From contig JAVVGN010000105.1 of NCBI GenBank assembly GCA_032249095.1, positions 1-5,995 of the forward strand: a DNA stretch of 5,995 nt. The letters are read 5' to 3'. Numbering within the stretch: position 1 is the first letter of the stretch; each line of letters begins with the position of its first letter. Below the pieces are notes generated by a model that made no database searches, was not told the DNA's origin, and saw only the letters and a program-made list of their open reading frames with translations. The stretch comes from Candidatus Caldarchaeales archaeon (GTDB taxonomy: Archaea; Thermoproteota; Nitrososphaeria_A; Caldarchaeales; Calditenuaceae). Positions 5,314 to 5,995 of the stretch are shown piece after piece. A program made the translations under genes and the position numbers.

Positions 5314-5628
5314 ATGCCCATCGAGGGTATCGAGTGGATAATGGTTGTAGGCGTCGTCCTAGCCATGCTCCTCTGGAGCCCTGAGAGGATGCCCGAGATC
5401 GCGCGGTCCATAGGCCGCTTCATGAGGGAGATTCAGAAGGCGAGGGCCGAGCTTGACACGTATGCTAGGGAGGCTCTGAGTCCCGGGGTCGAGAGCGTCA
5501 AGTCCGCGGACAGGGAGCTGGTGGAGGCGGCGCGGAAGCTAGGAATTGCGACGGAGGGCCTTAGGCGTGATGAGATCGTAGCGCTGATAAATAAGGCTTT
5601 GGGGTCTGGTGAGGCCTCCTCTAAATAA
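5314..5628 (+). CDS. tatA: TatA/E-like twin-arginine translocase component
   Basis: A single N-terminal TM helix (IEWIMVVGVVLAMLLW) is followed by a hinge and amphipathic helix (SPERMPEIARSIGRFMREIQKA). This matches the TatA pattern xLLxFGPxKLPExxRxxGxxxxxFK with F/G replaced by W/S. Its 104-aa size is typical. Confidence 0.75.
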   Translation: MPIEGIEWIMVVGVVLAMLLWSPERMPEIARSIGRFMREIQKARAELDTYAREALSPGVESVKSADRELVEAARKLGIATEGLRRDEIVALINKALGSGEASSK

Positions 5629-5929
5629 CCTCGAGGTTCTCCGGAGGTATCCCCAGCTCCGCCAGAATCTTCCGCACTTTCTCCCTCTGGTCGCCTTGGA
5701 GCATTATTATTCCGTTCTTGACCGCGCCTCCGCATGCGCACTTGGTCTTCAGCACTGATGCAGCCTCCTCGATGTCTATGCTGCTCTTGTCGAGCCCCTC
5801 GATTATCGTCATGATCTTGTTCCACTTCTTCGACTCCAGCTTGATCTTGACACGCTGCTGCTCATATTCAATCGTCTGGCAAACGCACAGGCTCTTCGGG
5901 AGCGAGCACGTAGGGCATATCTCAGCCAT
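5621..5929 (-). CDS. sui1: Translation initiation factor aSUI1/eIF1
   Basis: It has the SUI1 core IIEGL...LKTKCACGGAVKNGIIMLQGDQREKVRKILAELG and a Cys-rich N-terminus (CPTCSLPKSLCVC). Its 102-aa size is typical. The frame stays open upstream to the window edge, but the ATG at 5929 has GGAGAG 8 nt upstream and a TATA-like box about 47 nt upstream. Confidence 0.92.
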   Translation of the reverse strand: MAEICPTCSLPKSLCVCQTIEYEQQRVKIKLESKKWNKIMTIIEGLDKSSIDIEEAASVLKTKCACGGAVKNGIIMLQGDQREKVRKILAELGIPPENLEVI

Positions 5930-5971
5930 TATTTCTCTCCTAGACCCCTCGGTTGAACAACTCTTCTGGCA

Positions 5972-5980
5972 GATATAAAC
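5972..5980 (-). promoter_or_regulatory. Candidate TATA box for sui1
   Basis: The plus-strand GATATAAAC reads as GTTTATATC on the minus strand. It lies about 47 nt upstream of the ATG at 5929, consistent with a 5' UTR of about 20 nt carrying the GGAGAG element at 5935-5940. Confidence 0.45.
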
Positions 5981-5995
5981 ATTACCAGCGCTGTG

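Noticed and set aside
5433-5978. Track ORFs 5433-5825 (-) and 5718-5978 (+)
   Set aside because: They are off-frame or antisense shadows of the tatA-like gene and sui1. The 130-aa product is an Arg/Gly/Glu-rich low-complexity sequence.
1-5995. CRISPR arrays, rRNA genes and long tandem or inverted repeats anywhere in the window
   Set aside because: My visual scan on both strands found no regularly spaced direct repeats, no rRNA-like conserved blocks and no long terminal inverted repeats. The only repeats are the short ones reported at 792-871 and the palindromes noted in the spacers.

Overview
This 5,995-bp window looks like a housekeeping stretch of an archaeal chromosome. It is crenarchaeon-like: it encodes TFB, aSUI1 and an Ard1-type N-acetyltransferase, Arg codons are mostly AGG/AGA, TATA-like boxes sit about 28-36 nt upstream of start codons, and GTG/TTG starts are frequent. 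Seven protein genes are well supported. They are cysteinyl-tRNA synthetase (904-2400 +), a short sugar-phosphate nucleotidyltransferase (2446-3156 +), a 107-aa uncharacterised protein (3229-3552 +), an Ard1/RimI-type GNAT acetyltransferase (3549-4049 -), transcription factor B (4263-5195 +), a TatA-like protein (5314-5628 +) and aSUI1/eIF1 (5621-5929 -). I found no rRNA, tRNA, CRISPR array or recognisable defence or toxin-antitoxin module. The only accessory-looking part is the left ~0.9 kb. It holds a 208-codon reverse-strand ORF (1-626) that is missing from the supplied track because it runs off the window edge. That ORF lies in DNA of about 47% GC by my hand count, against about 58-67% in the neighbouring genes. 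It weakly resembles the C-terminal half of IS110-family recombinases but has no room for the catalytic N-terminal domain. Between it and cysS is a 277-bp spacer with a GC-rich hairpin, an imperfect direct repeat and a 50-codon ORF below the track cutoff. I consider these leads modest. I cannot support a claim that this window contains a novel system.
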